Positions 19,900-30,116 of a stretch of DNA of 64,000 nucleotides are shown one piece after another. Numbering within the stretch: the first letter of the stretch is position 1; the number at the start of each line of letters is the position of its first letter. This DNA comes from an uncultured delta proteobacterium (GTDB lineage Bacteria; Myxococcota; Myxococcia; SLRQ01), in contig CAVSGM010000001.1 of assembly GCA_963727485.1 (NCBI GenBank), forward strand, positions 672,001 through 736,000, given 5' to 3'. The position numbers and the translations under genes are program-made. The notes beneath the pieces are model-generated. The model saw nothing but the letters and a program-made list of their open reading frames with translations, was not told where the DNA came from and did not search any database.

Positions 19900-20654
19900 C
19901 TACCCGGCCCCCGGGGCATCCGGCCATCCCTCCGGCCGCGGCCGCCACTCCATCAGTGCGTAGAGGGCGAAGGTGAACGCGTAGGCCCCGGCGATGTCGA
20001 TGGCGTAGTGCAGGTGCGCGAAGACGACGCTCGCCACGGCGACCACGTGGGCGAGCACCGCCACCCAGCGCAGTCGCGGCCTCCGCCACAAGTAGAGCAC
20101 CAGGAGGAACGTCGTCGCCGTGTGCCCGGAGAAGAACAGGTCCTTGGTCAGGTACACGTTCGCCGCGCCGTGGACGAAGACGCCGAGCGGCGAGAGGAGC
20201 TGGGGGAACGCCTGGGCGAAGCTGGCGTGGCCGAGGCCCGGCCCGGCGTGGACCGGGTCCGGCGCCCCGAGGCCGGTCATGGCGATGGTCACCCCGCGCG
20301 TGAGCGACAGGAGGCCCCCGGTGATCATGTAGCGCGCCCAGCGCCTCGGCTCGGTCCAGAGGAACGCCACGCCCAGCGGCAGGTAGAAGGCGACCCAGGC
20401 GAGGTAGTTCAGGTGGTCGACCCAGGGCACGTAGGGGACGTGGGCCACCAGGGCGTCGGGCACCGTGGGCGCCGGGCGCCGCTCGGCCCACAGCGCCAGC
20501 GCGGTCATCGCCGCGTAGCAGGCGTAGCGGAACGCCGTGACCCCGGCGAGGCGCCAGGCCAGGGTGCGCAGCTCGGCCAGGCGGCCGGGGGGGGCGGAGC
20601 GGGCGCGGCGCTGGACGGGGGCAGGGAGGGCGGTGCGTCGGGGGCGGGGTTCAC
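19900..20654 (-). CDS. Sphingomyelin synthase/IPC synthase-like PAP2 membrane protein (start uncertain; possible indel in G8 at 20587-20594)
   Basis: Several TM helices; DLFFSGHT and HLHYAIDI motifs; PTVPD near the N-terminus. Confidence 0.75.
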
Positions 20655-20765
20655 GACCCGGCAGGCGTACCCCGAGCTGGCCCCGCGCGCCAGCCCCAGC
20701 CGTGACCGGGCCGGCCGGGTGCCGGGGGCATCGTCGCGCCCCGGTCACCAAAGGTAACCGGCCGC

Positions 20766-23700
20766 CTACGCCCCCTTGTCCTTCCCCGCCGGCGGCGTCG
20801 CCAGCAGCTGATACAGCCGGTACCTGGCCTCCACCTCGGCCTGGGCCTCCTGCTCCAGGCGCTCGGCGATCTCGGGGCGGCTCTGCGTGAGCGACCGGAA
20901 CCGGGTCTCGCCCTTCTCGAACTCCGTGAGCGGCACGCTGGGCGACTTGCTGTCGAGGACCATCGGCGCCTTGCCCGCCTCCACCCGGCGCGGGTCGTAG
21001 TGGAGCAGCGGCCAGTAGCCGGTTTGCACCGCCAGCTTCTGCTGCGACAGCCCGTGGCCGAGGTCCAGGCCGTGGGCGATGCAGTGGGCGTAGGCGAGCA
21101 CCAGCGAGGGCCCGGGGTAGGCCTCGGCCTCGGCGAGGATCTTCACCGTCTGGGCGTCGCTGGCGCCCATGGCGATGCGGCCCACGTAGACGTTGCCGTA
21201 GGCCATGGCCATCAGGGCCAGGTCCTTCTTGCCGGCGCGCTTGCCGCCACTGGCGAACTTGGCCACCGCGCCCTTGGGCGTCGACTTGGAGGCCTGGCCG
21301 CCGGTGTTGGAGTAGACCTCGCTGTCCAGGACGATGACGTTGACGTTCTCGCCGCTGGCCAGCACGTGGTCCAGGCCGCCGTAGCCGATGTCGTAGGCCC
21401 AGCCGTCGCCGCCGACAATCCACACGCTCCGGGGGAGCAGGGTCTCGCAGACCTCGGCCAGGAGCCGGGCGTCGGGGTCAGAGATCTTGCCCAGCCGCAG
21501 GCGCAAGGCCTCAATCTGACCCCGGCGCTCGGCGTATCCGGTGGCGTCGGTGGGGTCCTCGGCGAGGAGGGCGTCGGCCATGCCCTCGGGGAGCTGGCCG
21601 GCGAGCTTCCTCACCAGGTTCACGGCCTGCTGCCGGCGCGCGTCGACGGCCAGGCGCATCCCCAGGCCGAACTCGGCGTTGTCCTCGAACAGGGAGTTGG
21701 CCCAGGCCGGGCCGTGGCCCACCGGGTCCGGCGCCCAGGGCGTGGTGGGCAGGTTGCCGCCGTAGATCGACGAGCAGCCCGTGGCGTTGGCCACCAGCAT
21801 CCGGTCGCCGAAGAGCTGGGTGAGGAGCTTGAGGTAGGGCGTCTCGCCGCAGCCGGAGCAGGCCCCGGAGAACTCGAAGAGCGGGGTGATGAGCTGGCTG
21901 CCCTTCACCGTCTGCACGTTCACCTGGGTGCGCTCGACGTCCGGGAGGTCGACGAAGACCTCCCAGCGCTTCTTCTCCTGCTCGAGCACCCCGCCCTTGG
22001 CGACCATGTTGACCGCCTTGGTCTCGCCGTCGACCCGGTCCACCGCCGGGCAGGCCTCCACGCAGAGCCCGCAGCCGGTGCAGTCCTCCGGCGAGGTCTG
22101 GATGGTGTAGACCCAGCCGTCCGGGAGCTCGCGGCCCCGGAACTTGAGCGACGGGAGCACGCCGGCGTTGCCGTTGAGCTTCGCCGGGTCGTAGGCCTTG
22201 GCGCGGATGGCCGCGTGGGGGCAGACCACCGCACACTTGTTGCACTGGATGCAGATGTCCTCGTTCCAGATCGGGATCTCCTCGGCGATGTTCCGCTTCT
22301 CGAAGCGCGCCGTCCCGGTGGGGAAGGTGCCGTCGGGAGGGAACGCGCTCACCGGGAGCAGGTCGCCCTCGCCGGCGAGGATGCGCGCGGTCACCCGCTG
22401 CACGAACGCCGGCGCCTGCAGGGGCACCATCGCCAGCAGGTCGTGGTCGGCGTCGACCGCCGAGGGTACCGGCACCTCGCGGGTGGCGCCGAGCGCGGCG
22501 TCGATGGCCTTGAAGTTCATCTCCGCGAGCTTGTGGTCCTTCTTGCCGTAGGTCTTCTCCGCGGAGCGCTTCATCGCCGCCACCGCGTCCCGAGAGCGGC
22601 AGCACCCCGCTCACCTCGAAGAACGCCGTCTGCATCACCGTGTTGATGCGCCGGCCGAGGCCCGCCTCCCGGGCGACCTTCCCGGCGTCGATGGCGTAGA
22701 CCTTGAGCTCCTTGTCGAGGATCTCCTGCTGGTAGCTCTTCGGCAGCGAGTGGAACACGTCCTCCGGCGCCACGTCGGTGGCCAGGAGGAAGGTGCCCCC
22801 GCGCCGCGCCCGGGCGAGGATGTCGGTGCGCTCGAGGAACACCGGGTGGTGGCAGGCCACCAGGTCCGCCTCCTCGATGAGGTAGGGCGCGTGGATCGGC
22901 TCGGGCCCGAAGCGCAGGTGCGACACCGTGGTCGCCCCCGACTTCTTGGAGTCGTAGACGAAGTAGCCCTGGGCGGCGTTGGGCGTCTCCTCGCCGATGA
23001 TCTTGATGGTGTTCTTGTTGGCGCCGACCGTGCCGTCGGAGCCGAGGCCGAAGAAGAGCGCCCGGTACACGCCCTCGGGCTCCACCTCGAAGCCCGGCGC
23101 CGGCGGGATCGAGAGGCCGGTGACGTCGTCGACGATGCCCAGGGTGAAGTGCCGGGGCGCCGAGCCCCGGGCCATGGCGTCGAGGAGGCCCCGGAGCATC
23201 GCCGGGGTCAGCTCCTTGGACGAGAGGCCGTAGCGGCCCCCGAGGATCTCGGGCATCCGCCGGGTCTCCCTGGCCTCGGCGAGCGCCGAGACCACGTCCA
23301 GGTAGAGGGGCTCGCCGGTGGCGCCCGGCTCCTTGGTGCGGTCGAGGACCGCCACCTGCCGCACCGACTGCGGGAGCACCCCCAGGAAGTGGGCCAGGGA
23401 GAACGGCCGGTAGAGGCGCACGATCACCGCGCCCACCCGCTCGCCGGCGGCGGCCAGGTGCTTGACCGTCTCGGCGGCGGTCTCGGCCCCCGAGCCCATG
23501 ATCACCAGCACCCGCTCTGCCTGCGGGTGCCCCACGTAGTCGAAGGGGCGGTAGCGGCGGCCGGTGAGCTCGGCGAACTTCGCCATCGCCTTGTCCACGA
23601 TGCCCGGGGTGGCGTCGTAGAAGGGGTTCACCGACTCCCGGGCCTGGAAGAAGACGTCGGGGTTCTGGGCCGAGCCCCGGAGCACCGGGCGGTCCGGGTC

Positions 23701-24324
23701 GAGGGCGCGCTGCCGGTGGCCGTGGACCCAGGTGTCGTCGATCATCGCCCGGAGGACGTCGTCGCCGACCGCCTCGATCTTGGCGATCTCGTGGGAGGTG
23801 CGGAAGCCGTCGAAGAAGTGGAGGAACGGGATCCGCGACTCCAGGGTCGCCGCGTGGGCGATGACCGCCAGGTCCTGGGCCTCCTGGACGCTCGAGGAGG
23901 CCAGGAGCGCGAAGCCCGTGCCCCTCGCTGCCATCACGTCGCTGTGGTCGCCGAAGATCGACAGGGCGTGGGTGGCGACCGTGCGCGCCGCCACGTGGAT
24001 GACCGCCGGGGTCAGCTCGCCGGCGATCTTGAACATGTTGGGGAGCATCAGCAGCAGGCCCTGGGACGCGGTGAAGGTCGTCGACAGGGCGCCGGCCTGC
24101 AGCGCCCCGTGGACCGCGCCGGCGGCGCCGCCCTCGCTCTGCATCTCCACCACCCGGGGCACCTCGCCCCAGAGGTTCGGGCGCTCGCTGGCGGACCAGG
24201 CGTCGGCGTGCTCGCCCATGGGCGACGCCGGGGTGATGGGGTAGATCGCGATGACCTCGGCGAGACGATAGGCGACCGAGGCCGCGGCCTCGTTGCCATC
24301 CAGGGTGCGGAAGATCCGGTTCAT
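20766..24324 (-). CDS. nifJ: Pyruvate:ferredoxin (flavodoxin) oxidoreductase; apparent +1 frameshift at about 22590
   Basis: DGNEAAA, YPITPAS, GLGSDGTVGANK, CIQCNKC, CTGCGLC, GACSGCGE, GGDGWAYDIG. The halves join as VLPLSDAVAAMK after removing one G. Confidence 0.95.
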
Positions 24325-24338
24325 GGCGTCCACGGTCT

Positions 24339-24353
24339 GCATCCGATGCGCCA
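24339..24353 (-). promoter_or_regulatory. Putative sigma54 promoter for nifJ
   Basis: TGGCGCA-TCGG-ATGC, with GG and GC 10 nt apart; predicted +1 at about 24327. Confidence 0.55.
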
Positions 24354-24405
24354 AGGTCGCAGCGGACCCAGGGGTGCGGAAATGCAGCCATCGCCCCCAC
24401 GCGAC

Positions 24406-24495
24406 GCGCACCGAATGCGCTCGCGCACCCACCGCTCGCAGGGAATGCGCGGCCCCCACCGGAGGGCCCGTCGTGACGCACCGCGAAATATGCGG
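24406..24495. promoter_or_regulatory. Three CGCA-N5-TGCG palindromes, putative enhancer-binding-protein sites
   Basis: GCGCAccgaaTGCGC (24406-24420), CGCAgggaaTGCG (24437-24449), CCGCGaaataTGCGG (24481-24495, one mismatch). Confidence 0.5.
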
Positions 24496-24537
24496 GAACC
24501 GGGGTGCCCCATGCCTGTGGCCACCCACCGCCACCTC

Positions 24538-24552
24538 TGGCACCATTCCTGC
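24538..24552 (+). promoter_or_regulatory. Putative sigma54 promoter for the ferredoxin-NADP reductase gene
   Basis: TGGCACC-ATTC-CTGC, followed by GGAGGT RBS and GTG at 24595. Confidence 0.6.
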
Positions 24553-24594
24553 GGGGGCAGCCCCGACTGCCGATTCCCCCCCGGAGGTGCGCGC

Positions 24595-25995
24595 GTGGCA
24601 AATCCCCTTGGAACCAACGAGAACCCCCTTCGCGTCGCCGTCTTCGGCTCGGGCCCCGCGGGCTTCTACGCCTGCGAGCACCTGCTCAAGCAGGCGGACC
24701 CGGTCGTCTCCGTCGACCTCTACGACAAGCTGCCCACGCCCTACGGCCTGGTCCGCGGCGGCGTGGCCCCCGACCACCAGAAGATCAAGAACGTCACCCG
24801 GCAGTTCGAGAAGACCGCCGGCCGCGACCGCTTCCGCTTCTTCGGCAACGTCGCCTACGGCCGCGACGTGACCCTCGATGAGCTCCTCGGCCGGTACCAC
24901 CAGGTGCTCTTCTGCACCGGCACCGAGGCCGACCGCCGCCTCAAGATCCCCGGCGAGGACCTCCCCGGCAGCCACCCGGCCACCGCGTTCGTGGGCTGGT
25001 ACAACGGCCACCCCGAGTACCGGGACCTCGAGTTCGACCTCTCCGCCGAGTCGGTGGCGGTGGTGGGCAACGGCAACGTGGCCATGGACGTGGTCCGGAT
25101 CCTCGCCCGGCCCATCGCCGAGCTCGAGAAGACCGACATCGCCGACCACGCCCTCGAGGCCCTGAAGCACTCGAAGGTGAAGACCATCTGGCTTCTGGGC
25201 CGCCGCGGGCCCGCCCAGGCGAAGTTCACCAACCCCGAGATCCGCGAGCTCACCGAGATCCCCGGCTGCGATCTCGTCATCCGCCCCGCCGACCTCGACC
25301 TCGACCCCGAGAGCCAGGCCGAGCTCGAGGCCCAGACCACCAAGACCGCCCAGCGCAACCTCGACATCATGGCCGAGGCCGCCGCCAAGGGTGAGGGCGC
25401 CAGCGAGCGGAAGGTCCGCGCCCGGTTCTTCGTGAGCCCGGTGGAGGTGCTGGGCACCGATCGCGTCGAGGGCCTCAAGCTCGAGCACAACGCCCTGGTC
25501 CGCGACGACAAGGGGACCCTCCGGTCCAAGGGCCAGGGCACCTACGAGAGCATCGACGTCCAGCTGGTGTTCCGCTCGGTCGGCTACATGGGCACCGCCC
25601 TGCCGGACCTGCCCTTCGACGACTGGGCCGGCACCGTCCCCAACGACGCCGGCCGGGTCCTCGACCCGAAGGCCGAGGCGCGCCTCCCCCGGCGCTACGT
25701 CGCCGGGTGGATCAAGCGGGGCCCCAGCGGGGTCATCGGCACCAACAAGCCCGACGCCGTGGAGAGCGTGGAGTCCATGCTCGCCGACTTCCGCGACGGG
25801 CTGCCCGCCGAGGCCGGGGCCGTCGACGCCGACCCCGCGGCGGTCCCCCAGTGGCTCACCGACAAGGGCGTGCGCTTCGTGACCTTCGAGGACTGGAAGC
25901 GCCTCGACGCCCTGGAGCTCGAGCGGGGCCAGGCCGCCGGTCGGCCCCGGGTGAAGTACTGCTCCATCGAGGAGATGCTCGCGGCCCTCGCCTAG
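24595..25995 (+). CDS. Ferredoxin-NADP+ reductase (FprA/adrenodoxin reductase type)
   Basis: GSGPAGFY, PYGLVRGGVAPDH, GNGNVAMD, GRRGPAQ, GWIKRGPSGVIGTNK. Confidence 0.92.
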   Translation: MANPLGTNENPLRVAVFGSGPAGFYACEHLLKQADPVVSVDLYDKLPTPYGLVRGGVAPDHQKIKNVTRQFEKTAGRDRFRFFGNVAYGRDVTLDELLGRYHQVLFCTGTEADRRLKIPGEDLPGSHPATAFVGWYNGHPEYRDLEFDLSAESVAVVGNGNVAMDVVRILARPIAELEKTDIADHALEALKHSKVKTIWLLGRRGPAQAKFTNPEIRELTEIPGCDLVIRPADLDLDPESQAELEAQTTKTAQRNLDIMAEAAAKGEGASERKVRARFFVSPVEVLGTDRVEGLKLEHNALVRDDKGTLRSKGQGTYESIDVQLVFRSVGYMGTALPDLPFDDWAGTVPNDAGRVLDPKAEARLPRRYVAGWIKRGPSGVIGTNKPDAVESVESMLADFRDGLPAEAGAVDADPAAVPQWLTDKGVRFVTFEDWKRLDALELERGQAAGRPRVKYCSIEEMLAALA

Positions 25996-26009
25996 GCCTT
26001 CGAGCCGGC

Positions 26010-26044
26010 TGCCACCTGGCAAGAGCGCAACCTGCCATCTGGCA
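26010..26044. repeat. Twin TGCCA-N2-TGGCA palindromes between convergent genes
   Basis: TGCCAccTGGCA (26010-26021) and TGCCAtcTGGCA (26033-26044). Confidence 0.6.
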
Positions 26045-26058
26045 GGCGCTCGGGACCG

Positions 26059-27036
26059 CTACTTGTGGTGGTGCTTGTTGTGCACCTTGAGGGTCCCGCC
26101 CTCGATGCTCGACTCGGGCCCCTTGGGCCCGCCGAAGTCCGAGTCGGCCCAGTGGCGCTCGCGCTCGGCCTTGTCGTACATCACCACCGCCTCCATGGCG
26201 CGGTCGTAGACCTCGGTGAACGCCCGGCGCAGGCGCGCGGAGGCGTGGCCCCGGAGGACGTGCTTCTGGTCCTTGCGTCCGTGGCCCTCGAAGGTGGCGA
26301 GCATCCGGTCCACCCGGTGGGCGAGGCGCCCGTCGGTGCTGTTCACCAGGACCTTCTCGATCTTGCCGTGGTCGTCCATGGCGATGCCCAGGAGCACCTG
26401 GCCCCGGACGCCGGGGAGCCGGGCGTCCACGAAGGCCACGTAGCCGACCTTGTCCTCGGGCTTGAGCTTGGCCACCGCCAGGGGGTTGTCGGGCACCAGC
26501 CGCGCGCCCTCGGGCCCCTGGGTGCCCTTGTAGATGCCCAGCACCGTCCAGGTCTTCTGGTCGTCGGCGAGCGGCTTGTGGTTGAGCTGCTGGTAGCGCT
26601 GCGCCCCCCACTTGTCGATGGTGTAGGCCTTGCCGTAGTACACCGCGGCGTCGGGGAAGAAGTCGGTGACCTCGAGGTGCCGGGAGCCGAGGTAGGCCAC
26701 GATGTCCCAGGCGTCGAGGTCCGAGAGCCCGCTCCCGAAGGCGGGCATGGTGGGCTTGAGGCCCAGGGCCGGCCCGCCCTTCTGGATCAGCGAGAAGAGC
26801 TGCCGGTCGGACACCAGGCTCATCCGCGCCGGGTCGGTGAGGGCCGGGGCCGGGGGCACGGTCTGGATGCGGCCGTGGCCGGCGCCGCCCATGCCGTGGC
26901 AGGAGGCGCAGTGGATGGCGAAGAGCCGGCGACCCTGGACCTGGTCGCCGACCAGGGCCTTGGCGTCACCGTCGGCGTGGGCGGCGGCGGGGACGAGGCC
27001 GAGGACGAGGGCAAACACGAGGACGGTGCGCCGCAT
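26059..27036 (-). CDS. Periplasmic monoheme cytochrome c fused to an FMN-bind-like domain
   Basis: Signal peptide; CASCH; distal MPAFG; C-terminal VLLGIAMDDHGKIEKVLV. Confidence 0.75.
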   Translation of the reverse strand: MRRTVLVFALVLGLVPAAAHADGDAKALVGDQVQGRRLFAIHCASCHGMGGAGHGRIQTVPPAPALTDPARMSLVSDRQLFSLIQKGGPALGLKPTMPAFGSGLSDLDAWDIVAYLGSRHLEVTDFFPDAAVYYGKAYTIDKWGAQRYQQLNHKPLADDQKTWTVLGIYKGTQGPEGARLVPDNPLAVAKLKPEDKVGYVAFVDARLPGVRGQVLLGIAMDDHGKIEKVLVNSTDGRLAHRVDRMLATFEGHGRKDQKHVLRGHASARLRRAFTEVYDRAMEAVVMYDKAERERHWADSDFGGPKGPESSIEGGTLKVHNKHHHK

Positions 27037-27038
27037 GG

Positions 27039-27947
27039 CTATCGCCTCCAGGGGTGGGACGCGACCTGGGGCCACGTGGAGAGGTCACCGGTGATCGCCC
27101 ACCAGAACTTCACGTGGCACTTGGTGCAGCTGTTCGCCAGGGTGTCGTGCCACTGGGTGCGCACCTGCTTCATCTGGCCGGCCGACGCCGACATCGACAT
27201 CTGGGCCAGGCGCTTCTGGAGGTCCTTGGCCATGGCGTCGTAGCCCGTGGCCGCCACGTGGTAGTTGTCCGGGCAGGTCCCGGGGAGCTTCTTCGCCTGG
27301 GCCGCCAGCGCCGCGATGGCGGAGGTGACGTCGTCCTTGGACGGCCGGCGCTTCGCCAGGGCGTCGCCGAGGAAGCCCGCCGGGTCGGTCATGGGCTTCA
27401 TCGCCTCGGCGGCGGTGGGCCCGGCGCTCGAGGGCATCAGGGGTCCGGTCACCGCCCCGCCCGCCGGCGCCTTCCCGTGGCCCGAGGCGGCGGCGTCGCC
27501 CTGCTTGGGGGTGGCCACGCCCACGCCGATCTTGAACGAGGCCTCGGGGATCTTCCCGTCCCGGCGCTCGAAGGCCAGGGCGTAGACGCCGCGGACGGGC
27601 GGGGTCCAGTGGAAGCCGTAGCTCCCCTGGCCGCCGGCGGGGTGCATGGTGTAGCGCACCGCCGAGCCCGCCTCGCCGTCCTGGGTGACCACCGCCACCA
27701 GGGAGGCGTGCTGCACCGGCACCTGGTCGCCGTAGGTCGGGTCGGCGACCTTGGGGATCCGGTTGAGGTCGAGGGTGATGTCCACCCCGTGCTCCGCCGC
27801 CGGGTGCCCGGGGGCGAGGGTGACCTGGAAGGCGTGGTCGCCCCGGGTGAGCCGGAGCACCGTGGTGTCTCCCTGGGCCGCCCAGGCCAGGCCACCCAGG
27901 CCCAGGCAGGCGGCGGCCACCAGGGCCGTCGTGGTCGCGCGTCGCAT
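27039..27947 (-). CDS. Periplasmic protein: Ig-like (FixH/YtkA-like) N-domain plus cytochrome c'-like helical domain
   Basis: Signal peptide; beta-rich N-half; helical C-half ending CTKCH near the C-terminus. Confidence 0.65.
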   Translation of the reverse strand: MRRATTTALVAAACLGLGGLAWAAQGDTTVLRLTRGDHAFQVTLAPGHPAAEHGVDITLDLNRIPKVADPTYGDQVPVQHASLVAVVTQDGEAGSAVRYTMHPAGGQGSYGFHWTPPVRGVYALAFERRDGKIPEASFKIGVGVATPKQGDAAASGHGKAPAGGAVTGPLMPSSAGPTAAEAMKPMTDPAGFLGDALAKRRPSKDDVTSAIAALAAQAKKLPGTCPDNYHVAATGYDAMAKDLQKRLAQMSMSASAGQMKQVRTQWHDTLANSCTKCHVKFWWAITGDLSTWPQVASHPWRR

Positions 27948-27958
27948 GGTTCCTCCCG

Positions 27959-28972
27959 CTACCCGTTCCAGCTGTTCCCGTGGGACTGGAAGAGCAGCTC
28001 GTCGTCGATGGCCCAGGGTAGCAGCTGGATCGGCAGCGTCAGCTTACGCCCGTTGACGAAGACCGTCGGGGTGCTGTCGAGGCGCAGGCGCCGGGCCTCC
28101 TCGAACTGCTGCTTGACGATGGGCTCGTAGGTGCGGGCGTCGAGGGCCGCGGTCACCGCCGCGCCCTTCAGGCCCACCTGCTCGCCGAGCTTCACCAGCT
28201 CCGCGCGCGAGAGCGCGTCCTGGTGCTCGAAGAGCAGCCCCGCCATCTGAAAGAACTTCCCCCGGGTCTTGGCCATCTCCGCCAGCTCCGCGGCCTCCCG
28301 GGCCTCGGGGTGCATCGGCAGGGGGAAGTTGAGGTAGCACCAGCGCACCTTGCCCTGGTAGTGGGCCACCACCTTGTGGATCAGGGGGAAGGCGTGCTTG
28401 CAGTGGGGGCACTGGAAGTCGGCGAACTCCACCAGGGTCACCTTGGCGTCGGTGGGCCCCTCGCAGCTCTTGGGGTCGACCATGATCATGGCCCGCGCCT
28501 GGGGGTCGAAGCCGCCGTAGTACTGCTCCAGGGCGTTGGACGCCTCGAGGACCGAGAGGCCGCCGCGGACCATGGTCCCGCCGAGCTCCACCATCCGCTG
28601 GGCCAGGAGGCAGGGGTCCTTGGCCGCGAGGCTCCCGGCGAGGGTGGTGGGCTTGCCGCCGCAGGTGCACAGGACGTCCTGGGCCAGCCGGGCGAGCTCG
28701 GCGCGCTGGTGGCCGTCGAGACCCGAGGGGTCGACGTGGGGGAGGGCGGCCTCGAACCCGGCCACCGAGAGGTCGGCGAGCCTGGGCGTCGCGTCGTTCC
28801 CGGCGGTCGCGGCGCCGGTGGCCTTCGCGGGCGCCTCCGTGGGCGACTCCGCGGGTGCCTTCGCCTTCGCCGCCGTGGCAGGAGCCGAGGAGCGGTGGCA
28901 CCCGACCGCCGCCAGGGGCAGGACCACCAGCGCCAGGGCGAGCCCCACGCGCCGCGTCGCCGCGGCCCTCAC
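27959..28972 (-). CDS. DsbA/thioredoxin-fold lipoprotein (CPHC)
   Basis: GTG overlaps the upstream stop; lipobox AVGC; EFADFQCPHC, NFPL, STPT. Confidence 0.85.
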   Translation of the reverse strand: MRAAATRRVGLALALVVLPLAAVGCHRSSAPATAAKAKAPAESPTEAPAKATGAATAGNDATPRLADLSVAGFEAALPHVDPSGLDGHQRAELARLAQDVLCTCGGKPTTLAGSLAAKDPCLLAQRMVELGGTMVRGGLSVLEASNALEQYYGGFDPQARAMIMVDPKSCEGPTDAKVTLVEFADFQCPHCKHAFPLIHKVVAHYQGKVRWCYLNFPLPMHPEAREAAELAEMAKTRGKFFQMAGLLFEHQDALSRAELVKLGEQVGLKGAAVTAALDARTYEPIVKQQFEEARRLRLDSTPTVFVNGRKLTLPIQLLPWAIDDELLFQSHGNSWNG

Positions 28973-29994
28973 TTGGTGGCCCAGCTGTTGCCCTGCTGCT
29001 TGAACAGGATCTCGTCCTGGATGGACCAGACCAGCATCTCGGCGTTGAGGGGCAGGACGTACTTGCGGCCGTTGAGGTAGAGGGTCGGCGTCCCGTTGAT
29101 CCCCAGGGCGTCGCCCTCGGCCCGCTGGGCCTTCACCGGCGGCAGGTAGGTCCCGGCCTTGAGGGCCTGGGGGACCAGCGCCGGGTCGATGCCCACCTGC
29201 TTGGCGTAGTCCGCCAGCTTGTCGCGGGAGAGGTCGGTCTGGTTGGTGAACAGGGTGTTGGCCATCTCGAAGAACTTCCCCTTGGCCCGGGCGAGCTCGG
29301 CGACCTGGGCCGCGTCGAGGGCGTGCTCGTGCATGTGCAGGGGGAAGTTCACGAAGCACCAGCGGACCTTGCCCTTCTCCGCGTCGACCACGTCGTGGAT
29401 CAGCGGCCAGGCGAGCCCGCAGTAGGGGCACTGGAAGTCCGCGAACTCGACCAGGGTCACCGGCGCGTCCTTGGGGCCCTGGCACTGGTCCGGCCAGGTC
29501 TTGACCGGGTGCCGATCGTCGGGGGCGAAGCCGTCGTAGTGCTTCTCCACCAGGTCGCTGACCTCGAGGGCGCTGCCCCCGGCCTCGACCAGGCGCTTGG
29601 TGAGCAGGGCCATCCGCCGGGCCAGCACGCACTTGGGCGACTGCTGCAGGGCGCCCTGGAGGGTGGTGGGGCGGCCACAGTTGCAGATGACGTCCCGGGC
29701 CACCTGGAGCACCGAGGCGCGCTGGTCGCCGTCGAGGCCCCCGGGGTCGATCCCCGGCAGCTTGGCCCGGAAGTCGGCCTCGGAGACCCCGGTGCTCGCC
29801 CCGGCGCCGGCCCCGCTGGCGTCGGCGGCCGCCGGGGCGGCGGGCTTCGCCGGGGCCTTGGCGGGCGGCCCGGAGCCGTCTGCGGCGGCGGCGGGCCGGG
29901 TCTCGGGGGTGGTACAGGAGAACCCGAGGGAGGCGAAGAGACAGGCCCCTACCGTGAGGGTCGCGGCGAAGGCGGTGACGCGACGGCGCTCCAT
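28969..29994 (-). CDS. DsbA/thioredoxin-fold protein (CPYC), paralog of the downstream gene
   Basis: EFADFQCPYC, NFPL, GTPT; alternative start at 30015. Confidence 0.85.
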   Translation of the reverse strand: MERRRVTAFAATLTVGACLFASLGFSCTTPETRPAAAADGSGPPAKAPAKPAAPAAADASGAGAGASTGVSEADFRAKLPGIDPGGLDGDQRASVLQVARDVICNCGRPTTLQGALQQSPKCVLARRMALLTKRLVEAGGSALEVSDLVEKHYDGFAPDDRHPVKTWPDQCQGPKDAPVTLVEFADFQCPYCGLAWPLIHDVVDAEKGKVRWCFVNFPLHMHEHALDAAQVAELARAKGKFFEMANTLFTNQTDLSRDKLADYAKQVGIDPALVPQALKAGTYLPPVKAQRAEGDALGINGTPTLYLNGRKYVLPLNAEMLVWSIQDEILFKQQGNSWATK

Positions 29995-30116
29995 TCCAAA
30001 AACTCCAGTATGCACGGGTGCTTGCGGACCAATTGGCCGACGGGGGGCGCATCGTACTATACCCGTCCCGGCAAGGCCAGCCGCCCGCTCCCGGGCCGCC
30101 GTCGCCGCCCGCCGCC

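Noticed and set aside
15942..20654. Horizontally acquired island (fcs, ycaQ, ferredoxin and neighbours)
   Set aside because: No integrase, tRNA, flanking repeats or clear composition shift is visible.
22580..22600. Programmed frameshift or split PFOR
   Set aside because: There is no slippery heptamer, and one extra G fits the window-wide insertion error pattern.
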